This document shows positions 1 through 9,076 of a DNA stretch of 33,608 nucleotides, piece after piece. A program made the position numbers and the translations under genes. The DNA is from Chthoniobacteraceae bacterium. GTDB taxonomy: Bacteria > Verrucomicrobiota > Verrucomicrobiia > Chthoniobacterales > Chthoniobacteraceae. Location of the stretch: positions 1 to 33,608 of the forward strand of contig JANNWY010000098.1 in assembly GCA_031409335.1 (NCBI GenBank), given 5' to 3'. The notes below the pieces were generated by a model, which saw only the letters and a list, made by a program, of their open reading frames with translations, did no database searches and was not told where the DNA came from. Within the stretch, counting starts at the first letter, position 1. Each line of letters opens with the position of its first letter.

Positions 1-2
1 CG

Positions 3-1235
3 GCCACGGGAACGGCGGCGACGACCTGCAGCCCGGGCCCCTGGCACATCGGCCGCATGCTCCAGTCGCTGGATGCATTCCCGATGAACTTCGGCCTGCT
101 GGGCAAGGGCAATGCAAGCTTGCGCCTGCCATTGCGCGAGCAGGTTGCAGCGGGCGTCATCGGCCTCAAGCTGCATGAAGACTGGGGCACCACGCCGGCG
201 GCGATCGACTGCTGCCTCGGCGTCGCGGATGAACTCGATGTGCAGGTCGCGATTCACACCGACACGCTGAACGAATCCGGCTTCGTCGAGGACTCCATCG
301 CCGCGTTCAAAGGCCGCACGATTCACACCTTTCACAGCGAAGGCGCGGGCGGCGGGCACGCGCCCGACATCATCCGCGTCTGCGGCGAGGCGAATGTGTT
401 GCCGTCTTCCACGAATCCGACGCGGCCCTTCACGGTGAACACGATCGACGAGCATCTCGACATGCTCATGGTCTGCCATCATCTCGACTCGAAGATTCCC
501 GAAGATGTCGCGTTCGCCGAAAGCCGCATCCGTCCCGAGACCATAGCCGCCGAGGATTTGCTGCACGATCTCGGCGCGTTCTCGATGATGTCGAGCGACT
601 CCCAGGCGATGGGGCGCGTGGGGGAAGTCATCACGCGGACGTGGCAGACAGCGCACAAAATGAAGGTGCAGTTTGGAAAACTTTCAACGTCCAACGTTCA
701 ACGTCCAACGCTCAACGCTGCAGATAATTTCCGCGCGCTGCGTTACATCGCGAAGTACACGATCAATCCCGCGATCTCGCACGGACTCGCGCATGAAGTC
801 GGCAGCATCGAAGTCGGCAAGCTCGCCGATCTGGTCGTCTGGAAGCCTGCATTTTTCGGAGTGAAGCCGGAGGTCATTTTGAAAGGCGGACTCATCGCGA
901 TGGCGAACATGGGCGATCCAAACGCAAGCATTCCCACGCCGCAGCCCACCTTCTACCGCCCGCAATTCGCCGCGCACGGACGCGCGAAATTCGCGACGAG
1001 CATTACCTTCGTCAGCGACGCCTCGCTGCGCTCCGGCAATCTGCCACCGCTGTCGAAACGCCTGAGCGCCGTGAAAAACACCCGCAGCATTTCCAAGCGC
1101 GATCTGCTCTGGAACGACGCGCTCCCGAAAATCGAAGTCGATCCCGAAACCTACATGGTGCGCGCCGATGGTCGCGAGCTGACGTGCGAACCGGCGCATG
1201 TCCTGCCACTCGCGCAGCGCTATTTTCTGTTCTGA
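3..1235 (+). CDS. ureC: Urease subunit alpha, 5' truncated by window edge
   Basis: Frame open from base 3 ([19 protein letters not shown]...). Urease motifs [56 protein letters not shown] and C-terminal [10 protein letters not shown]. Confidence 0.98.
   Translation, partial: ATGTAATTCSPGPWHIGRMLQSLDAFPMNFGLLGKGNASLRLPLREQVAAGVIGLKLHEDWGTTPAAIDCCLGVADELDVQVAIHTDTLNESGFVEDSIAAFKGRTIHTFHSEGAGGGHAPDIIRVCGEANVLPSSTNPTRPFTVNTIDEHLDMLMVCHHLDSKIPEDVAFAESRIRPETIAAEDLLHDLGAFSMMSSDSQAMGRVGEVITRTWQTAHKMKVQFGKLSTSNVQRPTLNAADNFRALRYIAKYTINPAISHGLAHEVGSIEVGKLADLVVWKPAFFGVKPEVILKGGLIAMANMGDPNASIPTPQPTFYRPQFAAHGRAKFATSITFVSDASLRSGNLPPLSKRLSAVKNTRSISKRDLLWNDALPKIEVDPETYMVRADGRELTCEPAHVLPLAQRYFLF
684..718 (+). 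repeat. Heptamer tandem repeat (YCAACGY)x5 inside ureC
   Basis: TCAACGT CCAACGT TCAACGT CCAACGC TCAACGC read directly at 684-718. Confidence 0.9.
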
Positions 1236-1669
1236 AGCCGCTGGAAATCATTCACGAGCCCGTCGCCGAACCAGACCTGTCGCTCCCGGTCGCGCGCGTC
1301 CCGGTTGACCGACTCACGCTCGCGAAACGGCGCTGGCGCGGGGTCGCCGAGGATGGTCGCGAGTTTGGCTTCGATCTCGATTGGCCGCTCACGGACGGTG
1401 CCACAGTTTTTCAGGACGAGTCGCGTTTCGTCATCGCGCAAAAATACGAGCCGGTTCTGGAAGTGCGGATTGCGGTTGAGGCCGCGCGTCTCGGCTGGAT
1501 GATCGGCAACTTGCATTTCCAAATCCAAATCACCGACGAAGTCGTGCGCGTCGCTGACGATCCCGCGCTGCGGCTGCTTTTCGAGCGCGAGCGCATCGCA
1601 TTCGTCGCCTGCGCCCGCGTCTTTCTTCCGCTCGGCGGCAGCGCGCCGCACGGGCACCATCACCACTGA
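1232..1669 (+). CDS. ureE: Urease accessory protein UreE (nickel chaperone); start uncertain (CTG 1232 or CTG 1241)
   Basis: [18 protein letters not shown] and [12 protein letters not shown] motifs, His-rich tail PHGHHHH, position between ureC and ureF. Confidence 0.9.
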   Translation: MKPLEIIHEPVAEPDLSLPVARVPVDRLTLAKRRWRGVAEDGREFGFDLDWPLTDGATVFQDESRFVIAQKYEPVLEVRIAVEAARLGWMIGNLHFQIQITDEVVRVADDPALRLLFERERIAFVACARVFLPLGGSAPHGHHHH

Positions 1670-2355
1670 TGTCCGACGATCTCGCCTGGCTGCCGTATCT
1701 GTTGCAAACGAGCGACGCGCTCTTTCCCAGCGGCGCGTACGCGCATTCGCTCGGCTTTGAGGAATGCGTGCGACTCGGCGTCGTGCGCGATGAAGAAAGC
1801 CTGCGCACATTTCTGCTCGAACAAATCGTCCCCGCGCAGCGCGAGCAGGAGCTGCCGTATATGCGCTTTGCCTTTGATGGGCAGAGCCTCGACGAAATGT
1901 GCGCGATCGACCGCGAGATCACCGCGTGGAAGCTCGTCCGCGAAACGCGCGAGGCGAGCGCGCAGCTCGGCGTCCGGCGTCTCACGGCGTTGCGCACCAT
2001 TTCGGACGCTCCCGCCCTTGCCGAGTTCGACAACGCGATCCTCGAAAAGCGAGCCAGCGGGCATCACCTGATCGTCTGCGCGCTCCAAGCGCGCACCGGA
2101 AACGTGCCGCTCGAAGCCGCGCTCACCACTTACCTTTACCAATCCCTAGCCGCCATCTGCGCCGCTGCGATGAAGCTGATCCGCATCGGTCAGAACGGCT
2201 GCCAGCGCGTGCTCCGCGAAGCATCCCGCCACGCCGAAGCGACTGTGCGCGATTCGTTTTCCATCGCGCGAGACGACGCTGGCTGGTTCAACCCTGCCCT
2301 CGAAATTGCTGCGATGCGCCACGAGCGCGCGGAGGAGCGGCTGTTCATCTCATGA
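1669..2355 (+). CDS. ureF: Urease accessory protein UreF
   Basis: [21 protein letters not shown]-terminal motif, C-terminal HE...RLFIS, TGATG overlap with ureE. Confidence 0.95.
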   Translation: MSDDLAWLPYLLQTSDALFPSGAYAHSLGFEECVRLGVVRDEESLRTFLLEQIVPAQREQELPYMRFAFDGQSLDEMCAIDREITAWKLVRETREASAQLGVRRLTALRTISDAPALAEFDNAILEKRASGHHLIVCALQARTGNVPLEAALTTYLYQSLAAICAAAMKLIRIGQNGCQRVLREASRHAEATVRDSFSIARDDAGWFNPALEIAAMRHERAEERLFIS

Positions 2356-2975
2356 ATATTCCATCCAAGAAGAAACGCGCAGTGCGCATTGGCATCGGCG
2401 GCCCGGTGGGTTCGGGGAAGACGATGCTCGTCCTGCGGCTTTGCGAGTGGTTGCGCGGCGAGTATTCCATCGCCGTCGTGACGAATGACATCTACACGCG
2501 CGAAGATGCGGAGTTCCTGGTGCGCAATGAGGCGCTGTCGGCAGATCGCGTGATCGGCGTGGAGACGGGCGGGTGTCCGCACACGGCGATTCGCGATGAT
2601 ACTTCGATGAATCAGGCGGCGATCGCGGAGCTGGAGCGCGCGCATCCGGACGTGCAACTCATCCTCGTCGAAAGCGGCGGCGACAATCTTAGCGCCACCT
2701 TTTCACCGGAACTCGTCGAGTCGTTCATTTACGTCATCGACGTGGCGGAAGGGGACAAGATTCCGCGCAAAGGCGGGCCCGCGATCCGGCACAGCGATCT
2801 GCTTTTGATCAACAAGATCGACCTCGCGCCCTACGTCGGTGCCGACCTCGGCGTGATGGAGCGCGACGCGCGAATCATGCGCGGCGAGCGCCCGTTCCTC
2901 TTTGCCGATTTGCGCTCCGGGAAAGGGCGCGACGATCTGCTGGCGTGGATTCGCCGCGAAGTGCTCTTCGCGTGA
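2352..2975 (+). CDS. ureG: Urease accessory GTPase UreG
   Basis: GPVGSGKT P-loop, [32 protein letters not shown] overlap with ureF stop (ATG 2352). Confidence 0.97.
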   Translation: MNIPSKKKRAVRIGIGGPVGSGKTMLVLRLCEWLRGEYSIAVVTNDIYTREDAEFLVRNEALSADRVIGVETGGCPHTAIRDDTSMNQAAIAELERAHPDVQLILVESGGDNLSATFSPELVESFIYVIDVAEGDKIPRKGGPAIRHSDLLLINKIDLAPYVGADLGVMERDARIMRGERPFLFADLRSGKGRDDLLAWIRREVLFA

Positions 2976-3805
2976 GCCGCGGGCTTTCAGGTCATCTCGA
3001 TCTCGTCTGCGATCTGGATGCCGCGGGCCGCAGCCGTCTCGGCCATCAGTCTTTTCGCGCGCCCATTCATCTCAGCAAACCGCACCTCGATGAATGTGTG
3101 CTCGTCGTGAATGTGGTCAATCCCACCGCCGGACTGCTCGCGGGAGATCGCATCGTTTGCGATGTGGCCGTGGAAAGTGGCGCGGCGCTTTCGCTGACGA
3201 CACCGAGCGCGAGCCGCGCGCACCGCATGGATGCAGGGTTCGCGGGGATTACGCAGGAATTCCGCGTCGCGGACGGCGGGTTTCTCGATAGCTGGCCGGA
3301 GATGCTCATTCCGCAAAAGGGCTCACGACTTCGCCAGTCCACGCGCATCTCCGTGGAGGAAGGCGGCGAGCTGCTGTTCTTCGAGAGCATCGCGCCGGGT
3401 CGCGTTGCGTCGGGCGAGGTGTTTGAATTCACGGAGATCGAGTGGCGCACGGACATCTTTTCCGCCAGCACGCACATCGTCCGCGAACGCTACCGGCTGA
3501 CACCGCAGGGCGAGGCGGTGCGTTCGCTGCGGCGGATCTTCGATCATGCCTATCACGCCACTTGTTTCGCGGTTTCGCCGCGGCTTTCCGCCGCTTCACC
3601 GTGCTGGGCAAATCTCCACGCGATGCATGGCCAGGACGCGTGGATCGGCTCGACGGCGCTCGGCCACGGTGGCTGGGCGGTGAAGCTGATCGCGAATGGA
3701 AGCATCGCGATGCGGCGGACGCTGGCTGCGGTGCGGCGGGAATTGTATGGCTCGGCAGGTCGGCGCGAGCCATCACTTCGCCGAGGTGGATATCAGGTGC
3801 CTTGA
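2972..3805 (+). CDS. ureD: Urease accessory protein UreD/UreH
   Basis: [18 protein letters not shown] and [12 protein letters not shown] motifs; GTGA overlap with ureG stop; last gene of the urease cluster. Confidence 0.9.
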   Translation: MSRGLSGHLDLVCDLDAAGRSRLGHQSFRAPIHLSKPHLDECVLVVNVVNPTAGLLAGDRIVCDVAVESGAALSLTTPSASRAHRMDAGFAGITQEFRVADGGFLDSWPEMLIPQKGSRLRQSTRISVEEGGELLFFESIAPGRVASGEVFEFTEIEWRTDIFSASTHIVRERYRLTPQGEAVRSLRRIFDHAYHATCFAVSPRLSAASPCWANLHAMHGQDAWIGSTALGHGGWAVKLIANGSIAMRRTLAAVRRELYGSAGRREPSLRRGGYQVP

Positions 3806-3823
3806 GCGGGAAACTCCCCGCTG

Positions 3824-3853
3824 TTGCACTCCGCCATCGCCCTTCCCTAGAGT
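3824..3853 (+). promoter_or_regulatory. Putative sigma70-type promoter for a leaderless or near-leaderless YihY transcript
   Basis: TTGCAC (3824-3829), 18 nt spacer, TAGAGT (3848-3853), then 8 nt to ATG 3862 with no Shine-Dalgarno. Confidence 0.4.
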
Positions 3854-3861
3854 CCCCGCAG

Positions 3862-4779
3862 ATGAACGTCCCGCATCGCGCGATTGCCGCGTTTCAAAAA
3901 GCGCTCCGTACCGGGTGGGCGATCGTGTGGCGCGCGGGGCGAAAATACGAGGAAACGGACGCGGAGCAGCGCGCTGCGTCCTTCGCGTATTACGCGTTTT
4001 TCGCGCTGTTCCCGCTGATCGTCCTGCTGATTTCGGTGGCGACGACTTTTCTCGGGAGCAAGGAGCGCGCGACCCGTGAGATCACCGGATACGTGAGCCA
4101 GTACCTGCCGATCGAGGCGGCGGAATCCGACCGCATCGTCGCGACGATCGACGGCGTGGTGAGATCGCGGCAAAGCGCGGGCTTGATCGCATTCGGGGTG
4201 CTCGCGTGGACGGCGATCCGCTTTTTCCACGCGCTGGTGCGCGGCGTGAATCGCGCGTGGGGCACGCGGGAATACGTATGGTGGCGGCTGCCGATCAAGA
4301 ATCTGGCAATGACCGCGATCCTCGCCAGCGCATTGCTGTTCGGCATTCTCGCGCCGCTCGTCGTCCGCCAGATCGAGGCATTTTACTGGACGCATTCGTG
4401 GGAGGTCGGGCTCGATTTTTGGTTCGCGAGCAATGTATTCAACGTCATCCGCTTTCTCGTGCCGCCGCTGGTGCTCTTCTACGGATTTTTAATGCTCTAC
4501 AAATTTGCCCCGCGCCGCCGCACATTGTTTCGCGAGGTGTGGTTCGCGGCGCTCTTCGTGACCTTCGGCGTCGATGTGTTGCAGCGGCTCTTCACGATCT
4601 ACACGCGGAATATCACCAACTTCAACGCGCTCTACGGCACCTTCGGCGCGGTCGTCGCGCTGCTGTTTTGGATCTACCTCATCGGCTCGATCATCATCTT
4701 CGGCGCGTGTCTCTCGGCCGCGGAGTACGAGGTGCGGATGAGCCTGTCGGATCAGTCGGAATCAGTCTGGGCGAAGTGA
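3862..4779 (+). CDS. YihY/virulence factor BrkB family inner membrane protein
   Basis: AASFAYYAFFALFPL, several hydrophobic helices, LYKFAP, LYGTFGAVVALLFWIYL..IIIFGA. ATG 3862 preferred over the track start at 3442, which lies inside ureD. Confidence 0.9.
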   Translation: MNVPHRAIAAFQKALRTGWAIVWRAGRKYEETDAEQRAASFAYYAFFALFPLIVLLISVATTFLGSKERATREITGYVSQYLPIEAAESDRIVATIDGVVRSRQSAGLIAFGVLAWTAIRFFHALVRGVNRAWGTREYVWWRLPIKNLAMTAILASALLFGILAPLVVRQIEAFYWTHSWEVGLDFWFASNVFNVIRFLVPPLVLFYGFLMLYKFAPRRRTLFREVWFAALFVTFGVDVLQRLFTIYTRNITNFNALYGTFGAVVALLFWIYLIGSIIIFGACLSAAEYEVRMSLSDQSESVWAK

Positions 4780-4832
4780 GCGCGGGCGGGAAAACCTGGA
4801 CCTCTAAATTTCCCGGCGGCGGCTTCGCTCAC
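4776..4832. terminator. Imperfect hairpin between convergent YihY gene and moaA; possible bidirectional terminator
   Basis: GTGAGCG (4776-4782)/CGCTCAC (4826-4832) outer stem and CGGGAAA (4787-4793)/TTTCCCG (4809-4815) inner stem; includes both stop codons. Confidence 0.4.
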
Positions 4833-5842
4833 CCGCCAATGTGCGCCATCTCGACTTTCGGCTCGGCGCGCGTGGCTTCGGAGCGGCGTTCGGAATAGCG
4901 ATCGGCGCGGCCCGCCCAAATGCTGCGGATGAGCGACGCGAGATTTTCATCCGATGCGCCGGTGCGGAGCGGCGTGCGGAGGTCGAAACCATCCGCGGCG
5001 AAAAGGCAGGTGTAGAGCCGGCCATCGGCGCTGAGGCGGGCGCGCGTGCAGTCGCGGCAGAACGGCTGCGTGACGGACGTGATGACGCCGATCTCGCCAC
5101 CGCCGTCGCGATGGCGGAAACGTCGCGCGACTTCACCGCGATACTGCGCGGGCAAAGGCTCCAGCGGCATCTCGGCGGAAATGCGCGCGATGATTTCCGA
5201 CGCGGGCACCACGTCGTCGAGCCGCCAGCCATTCGTATTTCCCACGTCCATGTATTCGATGAAACGCAGGATGAATTGCGGCCCGTGAAAGTGGCGGGCG
5301 AGTGAGACGATGCCGTCGTCGTTCGCACCGCGCTTCACGACCGCATTGATTTTCACGGGTGCGAATCCCGCGGCCAGCGCGGCGTCGATCCCGCGCAGGA
5401 CGCGATGCACGGGAAAGTCCGCGTCGTTCATCGCGCGAAACGTCGCGTCGTCGAGCGAATCGAGGCTCACGGTGAGTCGGCGCAGCCCGGCGGCGCGGAG
5501 CGCGGACGCTTCCTCGACGAGGCGTGAACCGTTGGTGGTGAGCGTGATTTCATCGAGCCCGTCGATGCCTCCAAGCGCGGATACGAGTCGGTCGAGATTC
5601 CGCCGCAGCAATGGTTCGCCGCCCGTGAGCCGCACTTTTCGCACACCGAGTTCCGAGAAGATTTTCGCGAGCCGCGTGATCTCCTCGAAGCGCAAAATGT
5701 CCGCCTTTGGCAGATAGGAAAAACCGGGTCCGAAGACCTCGCGCGGCATGCAATACGTGCAGCGGAAATTGCAGCGATCGGTGACGGAAATCCGCAGATC
5801 GCGCAGCGGTCGGGCGAGGGTATCGAGCGGAAGATCGGGCAC
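4829..5842 (-). CDS. moaA: GTP 3',8-cyclase MoaA (radical SAM, molybdenum cofactor biosynthesis)
   Basis: [18 protein letters not shown] (CxxxCxxC), [18 protein letters not shown], second cluster [23 protein letters not shown]-terminal MAHIGG. Confidence 0.97.
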   Translation of the reverse strand: MPDLPLDTLARPLRDLRISVTDRCNFRCTYCMPREVFGPGFSYLPKADILRFEEITRLAKIFSELGVRKVRLTGGEPLLRRNLDRLVSALGGIDGLDEITLTTNGSRLVEEASALRAAGLRRLTVSLDSLDDATFRAMNDADFPVHRVLRGIDAALAAGFAPVKINAVVKRGANDDGIVSLARHFHGPQFILRFIEYMDVGNTNGWRLDDVVPASEIIARISAEMPLEPLPAQYRGEVARRFRHRDGGGEIGVITSVTQPFCRDCTRARLSADGRLYTCLFAADGFDLRTPLRTGASDENLASLIRSIWAGRADRYSERRSEATRAEPKVEMAHIGG

Positions 5843-5897
5843 GGTGCGAATCGCTAAGCGTCAGCCGGGGCGATTGCAAGCGATGCGATGAAACCGA

Positions 5898-7142
5898 TTG
5901 CGCTGCCGATGCGTTTCCACTCCGGTAACTCGCATCGTGCTAATCCTCGCGTTCATTTTACTCATGCTGATCGGCGATTGCGTCTGGCTGCTGCGCTGCA
6001 TCTTCAGGCTGCGGCGCGCGGGGCTCGGGTGGCAGCTCGCGGTCGGCGCGTTCACCGCGGCGCAGATTGCCGGGCTGGTGCTCGTCGTTTTTTTCCGCAC
6101 TCGAAATCATGGGCTGCAATTCCTGTTCACCACTCCGGTGCTCGCGTGCATCTACCTCTGGCACTTTCTTTTCATCATCCCGCTGATGATCACCTGGCTG
6201 CCGCTGCTGGTCGGAAAGCTGTCCGTGCGACTGGCGCGAATCCTCGCTGGATTGAAGCGCGCGCCCGTCGTGGAATCCGCGCCGGAAGTGAGCCGCCGCG
6301 ATTTCATCCGCGTCGCCGCGTGCGCCGCACCCGCGCTGCTCACCGGCGGTGTGACGGCGTTTTCGCTGCGACAGTTGCAGCATTTTCGGATTCGGAAAAT
6401 CGACGCGCCGATTGCCGGTCTGCCGCCAGCGCTCGATGGACTGACGATCGCGCACGTCTCGGATTTGCACGTGGGGCAATTCACTCACGGTTCGATTTTG
6501 GACGAGATCGTGGAAGCCACGAATGCCCTGGGCGCCGACCTCGTGCTCGCGACTGGCGATCTGATCAATCTGGATCTGAAAGATTTGCCCGCCGGCCTCA
6601 GCGTGATCTCGCGTCTGCGGGCGCAGCACGGCGTTTTCATGTGCGAGGGAAATCATGATCTCTTTGAGAATCCCGTGGAATTTCGCCAGCGCACGCGGTC
6701 GGCCGGAGTCCGTCTGCTGGTGAATGAAAACGCGGTTGTTTCCATCCGCGGGACGCCGGTGCAATTGCTCGGTCTGCCGTGGGGCTCGGGCATCGGCCCT
6801 CCGCACGACGTTGCGAATCGCGGCGAAAACGCCATCGCAACCGCGGTGCGAAAACTTCTGCTGCAACGGCAGCCGGGCGCATTTCCGATCCTGCTCGCGC
6901 ATCACCCGCACGCCTTCGATCACGCCGAAAAGATTCCGCTGACGTTTGCCGGCCACACGCACGGCGGGCAACTCATGGCCACCGGCGAACTGGGCTGCGG
7001 GCCGATGATGTTCCGGTATTGGTCGGGCCTGTATCGCGACGCGAGCCGCGCGCTGATCGTGTCGAACGGCGTCGGCAACTGGTTCCCGCTGCGCACAGCC
7101 GCGCCCGCCGAGATCATTCACCTCACGCTGCGGAGCGCGTGA
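5898..7142 (+). CDS. Membrane-anchored metallophosphoesterase (YkuE/YaeI-like); start approximate
   Basis: N-terminal TM helices, then DLH, GDLIN, GNHD, HHP and GHTHGGQ calcineurin-like motifs. Confidence 0.9.
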   Translation: MRCRCVSTPVTRIVLILAFILLMLIGDCVWLLRCIFRLRRAGLGWQLAVGAFTAAQIAGLVLVVFFRTRNHGLQFLFTTPVLACIYLWHFLFIIPLMITWLPLLVGKLSVRLARILAGLKRAPVVESAPEVSRRDFIRVAACAAPALLTGGVTAFSLRQLQHFRIRKIDAPIAGLPPALDGLTIAHVSDLHVGQFTHGSILDEIVEATNALGADLVLATGDLINLDLKDLPAGLSVISRLRAQHGVFMCEGNHDLFENPVEFRQRTRSAGVRLLVNENAVVSIRGTPVQLLGLPWGSGIGPPHDVANRGENAIATAVRKLLLQRQPGAFPILLAHHPHAFDHAEKIPLTFAGHTHGGQLMATGELGCGPMMFRYWSGLYRDASRALIVSNGVGNWFPLRTAAPAEIIHLTLRSA

Positions 7143-7199
7143 TGAATTTGGTTGAACGAAGCTGCGCATCGTCGCGTCAATGCACCTGATCGGCGCAAT

Positions 7200-7270
7200 G
7201 GCGGCAGCGGTGTCAATCCGCTGAAACCCGGCAATAAACCGGGTGAGGTTGAAATCCTCAGCCGCCTCCA
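7200..7270. ncRNA. Non-canonical tRNA-like cloverleaf element of unknown function
   Basis: GGCGGC/GCCGCC closing stem enclosing three perfect hairpins, each with a 7-nt loop. GGTTGAAATCC resembles the T-loop motif, and the element ends T-CCA. Confidence 0.5.
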
Positions 7271-7332
7271 CTTTTCCCGAAGCGGCTTGAAAACGAGGGC
7301 GCGCGCCGGACACTCGCCGCGATTGGTTTCTC

Positions 7333-8187
7333 ATGCATCGCCCACTTTCTAAAATCCACGCGACCCTCTTCAGCACGGTGATTTTCCTTGGCTGCCGCGC
7401 GGACGCGCGGGCGCATGGATCGCTGCACGAGCAGATCGCCGCGGCCACGGTCGCGCTGGAGAAAAAGCCCGGCGATTTCGAGTTGCTGCTGCTGCGCGCG
7501 CGGCTTCACCGGCAGCATCAGGATTGGGAAGCTGCGCAGCGCGACATCGCCGCGGCGGACGAGGCTGGCGCGGGCGCGGGCGCGCTGGCACTCGCGCGGG
7601 CGGAGGTCGCGGAGGGGCGCGCGGATTGGGATGCGGCGGCGCGGGAGCTGCCCGTGCTTGCGCGCGAATTGCCGGAAAATGCTGAAGCGTGGCGCCTGGC
7701 TGGCCGCGTGCATTCCGCGCTCGGTCGGCATGTGGAGGCGGCTGCGGCATGGCGCGCCGTCGCGAAAACCGCCACGCCATCGCGGCCGGACGACATCGTC
7801 TCGCTCGCCCGCGCGCTGCAAACCGGTGGCGCGCACGATGAGGCGCTTGCCGCGCTCGCCGGCGGGTCGCATCGCCTCGGTGAAATCTCCGTCTTTCTCG
7901 AAGAAGCCGCGCCCATCGAGGAATCGCGCAATCGCTGGGAAGCCGCGCTGATCCATGTCGAGCGTCTCATCGCCAGTTCACCAAATCCCGTCCGCTGGCT
8001 CGCGCGAAAAGGCGACGTCGCCGAGCGCGCCGGTCGTCCCGACATCGCGCTCACCGCGCGCCGCGCTGCCCTCACCGCATTGGAAAAACTGCCCCCGGCC
8101 CGGCGCGAGACACCCGCGTTTTCCGAACTCGAAAAACGGTTGCGCGCGGCGCTGCCGGATTCCGCTTTCCCGGCCAGCGTGCCGTAG
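7333..8187 (+). CDS. Secreted TPR-like helical repeat protein
   Basis: Signal-peptide-like N-terminus ending DARA, mature start HGSLHEQI; Ala-rich helical pairs such as PENAEAWRLAGRVHSALGRHVEAAAAWR. Confidence 0.7.
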   Translation: MHRPLSKIHATLFSTVIFLGCRADARAHGSLHEQIAAATVALEKKPGDFELLLLRARLHRQHQDWEAAQRDIAAADEAGAGAGALALARAEVAEGRADWDAAARELPVLARELPENAEAWRLAGRVHSALGRHVEAAAAWRAVAKTATPSRPDDIVSLARALQTGGAHDEALAALAGGSHRLGEISVFLEEAAPIEESRNRWEAALIHVERLIASSPNPVRWLARKGDVAERAGRPDIALTARRAALTALEKLPPARRETPAFSELEKRLRAALPDSAFPASVP

Positions 8188-8191
8188 CGGG

Positions 8192-9064
8192 CTACCGGAC
8201 GAAGCCCTGCGCTTTTAACCAGAACAAACAATCTGCCGCCCACGGATGCAGCACTCCGCCCGCGCGGCCGCCGCCGAGACCGATGCCGTGACTGCCTTTT
8301 TGATAGACGTGGAGGTCGAAGGGGATGCCGCTGCGGCGCAGGGCGGCGGCGAAGTCGAGGGAGTTTTCGACTTTCACGGCGTTGTCTTCCCACGTGTGCC
8401 AGACGAAGCAGGGCGGGGTGTTTTTGGTGACTTGCTTTTCGTTGGAAAGGAACTCGATCAGGTCGGGCGCGGGTGTGGGGCCGAGCAGGTTTCCGCGCGA
8501 GCCGCTGTGCGTGTTTTCACCCATGGTGATGACGGCGTAGCAGAGGATGCCGAGGTCGGGGCGCGAGCTCTCGCGCTCGATGGGATCAGGGTCGCCGGGT
8601 TTGCCGGCGTCGAAGTGGGTGAGCAATGTCGAGGCGAGATGTCCACCCGCGCTGGAGCCCATGATGCCGACGCGCTTGGGGTCGATTTTCCAGTCGGCGG
8701 CCTTGGTGCGGGTGAGGCGGACGGCGCGCGCGGCGTCGCCGAGCATGATGGGATGGCGGTAGCCTTTCGAGCCGAGGCGGTATTTGAGGACGAGGGCAGT
8801 GATGCCATTTTCGGCGAGCCATTCGGCGTAGCCCTGGCCTTCGTGCGGGGCGAGTCCGCCGTAGCCGCCGCCGGGGCAGATGACGATGGCTGCGCCAGTG
8901 GCTTTTTCGGGTGAGGGGAGGAATGCGGTGAGGGTGGGTTTGTCGTCGTCCTTTTCGCCGAGCGCGCCGGGTGCGCCCGCGGGCCAGAGGGGGAGGGGAT
9001 CGAGCGGTGCCGCGTTGAGCAGCGCGGCGGTGGAGAGGAAGATGAGTGAGGAGAGGAGGTGCAT
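8192..9064 (-). CDS. Secreted alpha/beta hydrolase (acetyl/feruloyl esterase-like, BD-FAE type)
   Basis: Signal peptide; ICPGGGY oxyanion motif, GSSAGGHLA nucleophile elbow, EDNAV acid and GSHGIG histidine. Confidence 0.9.
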   Translation of the reverse strand: MHLLSSLIFLSTAALLNAAPLDPLPLWPAGAPGALGEKDDDKPTLTAFLPSPEKATGAAIVICPGGGYGGLAPHEGQGYAEWLAENGITALVLKYRLGSKGYRHPIMLGDAARAVRLTRTKAADWKIDPKRVGIMGSSAGGHLASTLLTHFDAGKPGDPDPIERESSRPDLGILCYAVITMGENTHSGSRGNLLGPTPAPDLIEFLSNEKQVTKNTPPCFVWHTWEDNAVKVENSLDFAAALRRSGIPFDLHVYQKGSHGIGLGGGRAGGVLHPWAADCLFWLKAQGFVR

Positions 9065-9076
9065 GGGTGAATCGGT

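Noticed and set aside
6290..6365. Internal twin-arginine-like SRRDFI plus hydrophobic stretch in the metallophosphoesterase
   Set aside because: Common feature of this membrane-anchored family; not novel.
7206..7222. Cloverleaf arm with TCA in the loop read as tRNA-Sec, or the element read as a Moco or NiCo riboswitch
   Set aside because: No U33, no D-arm or 8-bp acceptor for tRNA-Sec. It is not upstream of moaA, and I cannot match the conserved nucleotides of those riboswitches.
5958..7448. 496-aa minus-strand ORF
   Set aside because: Antisense shadow of the metallophosphoesterase gene in GC-rich DNA; no recognisable motifs.
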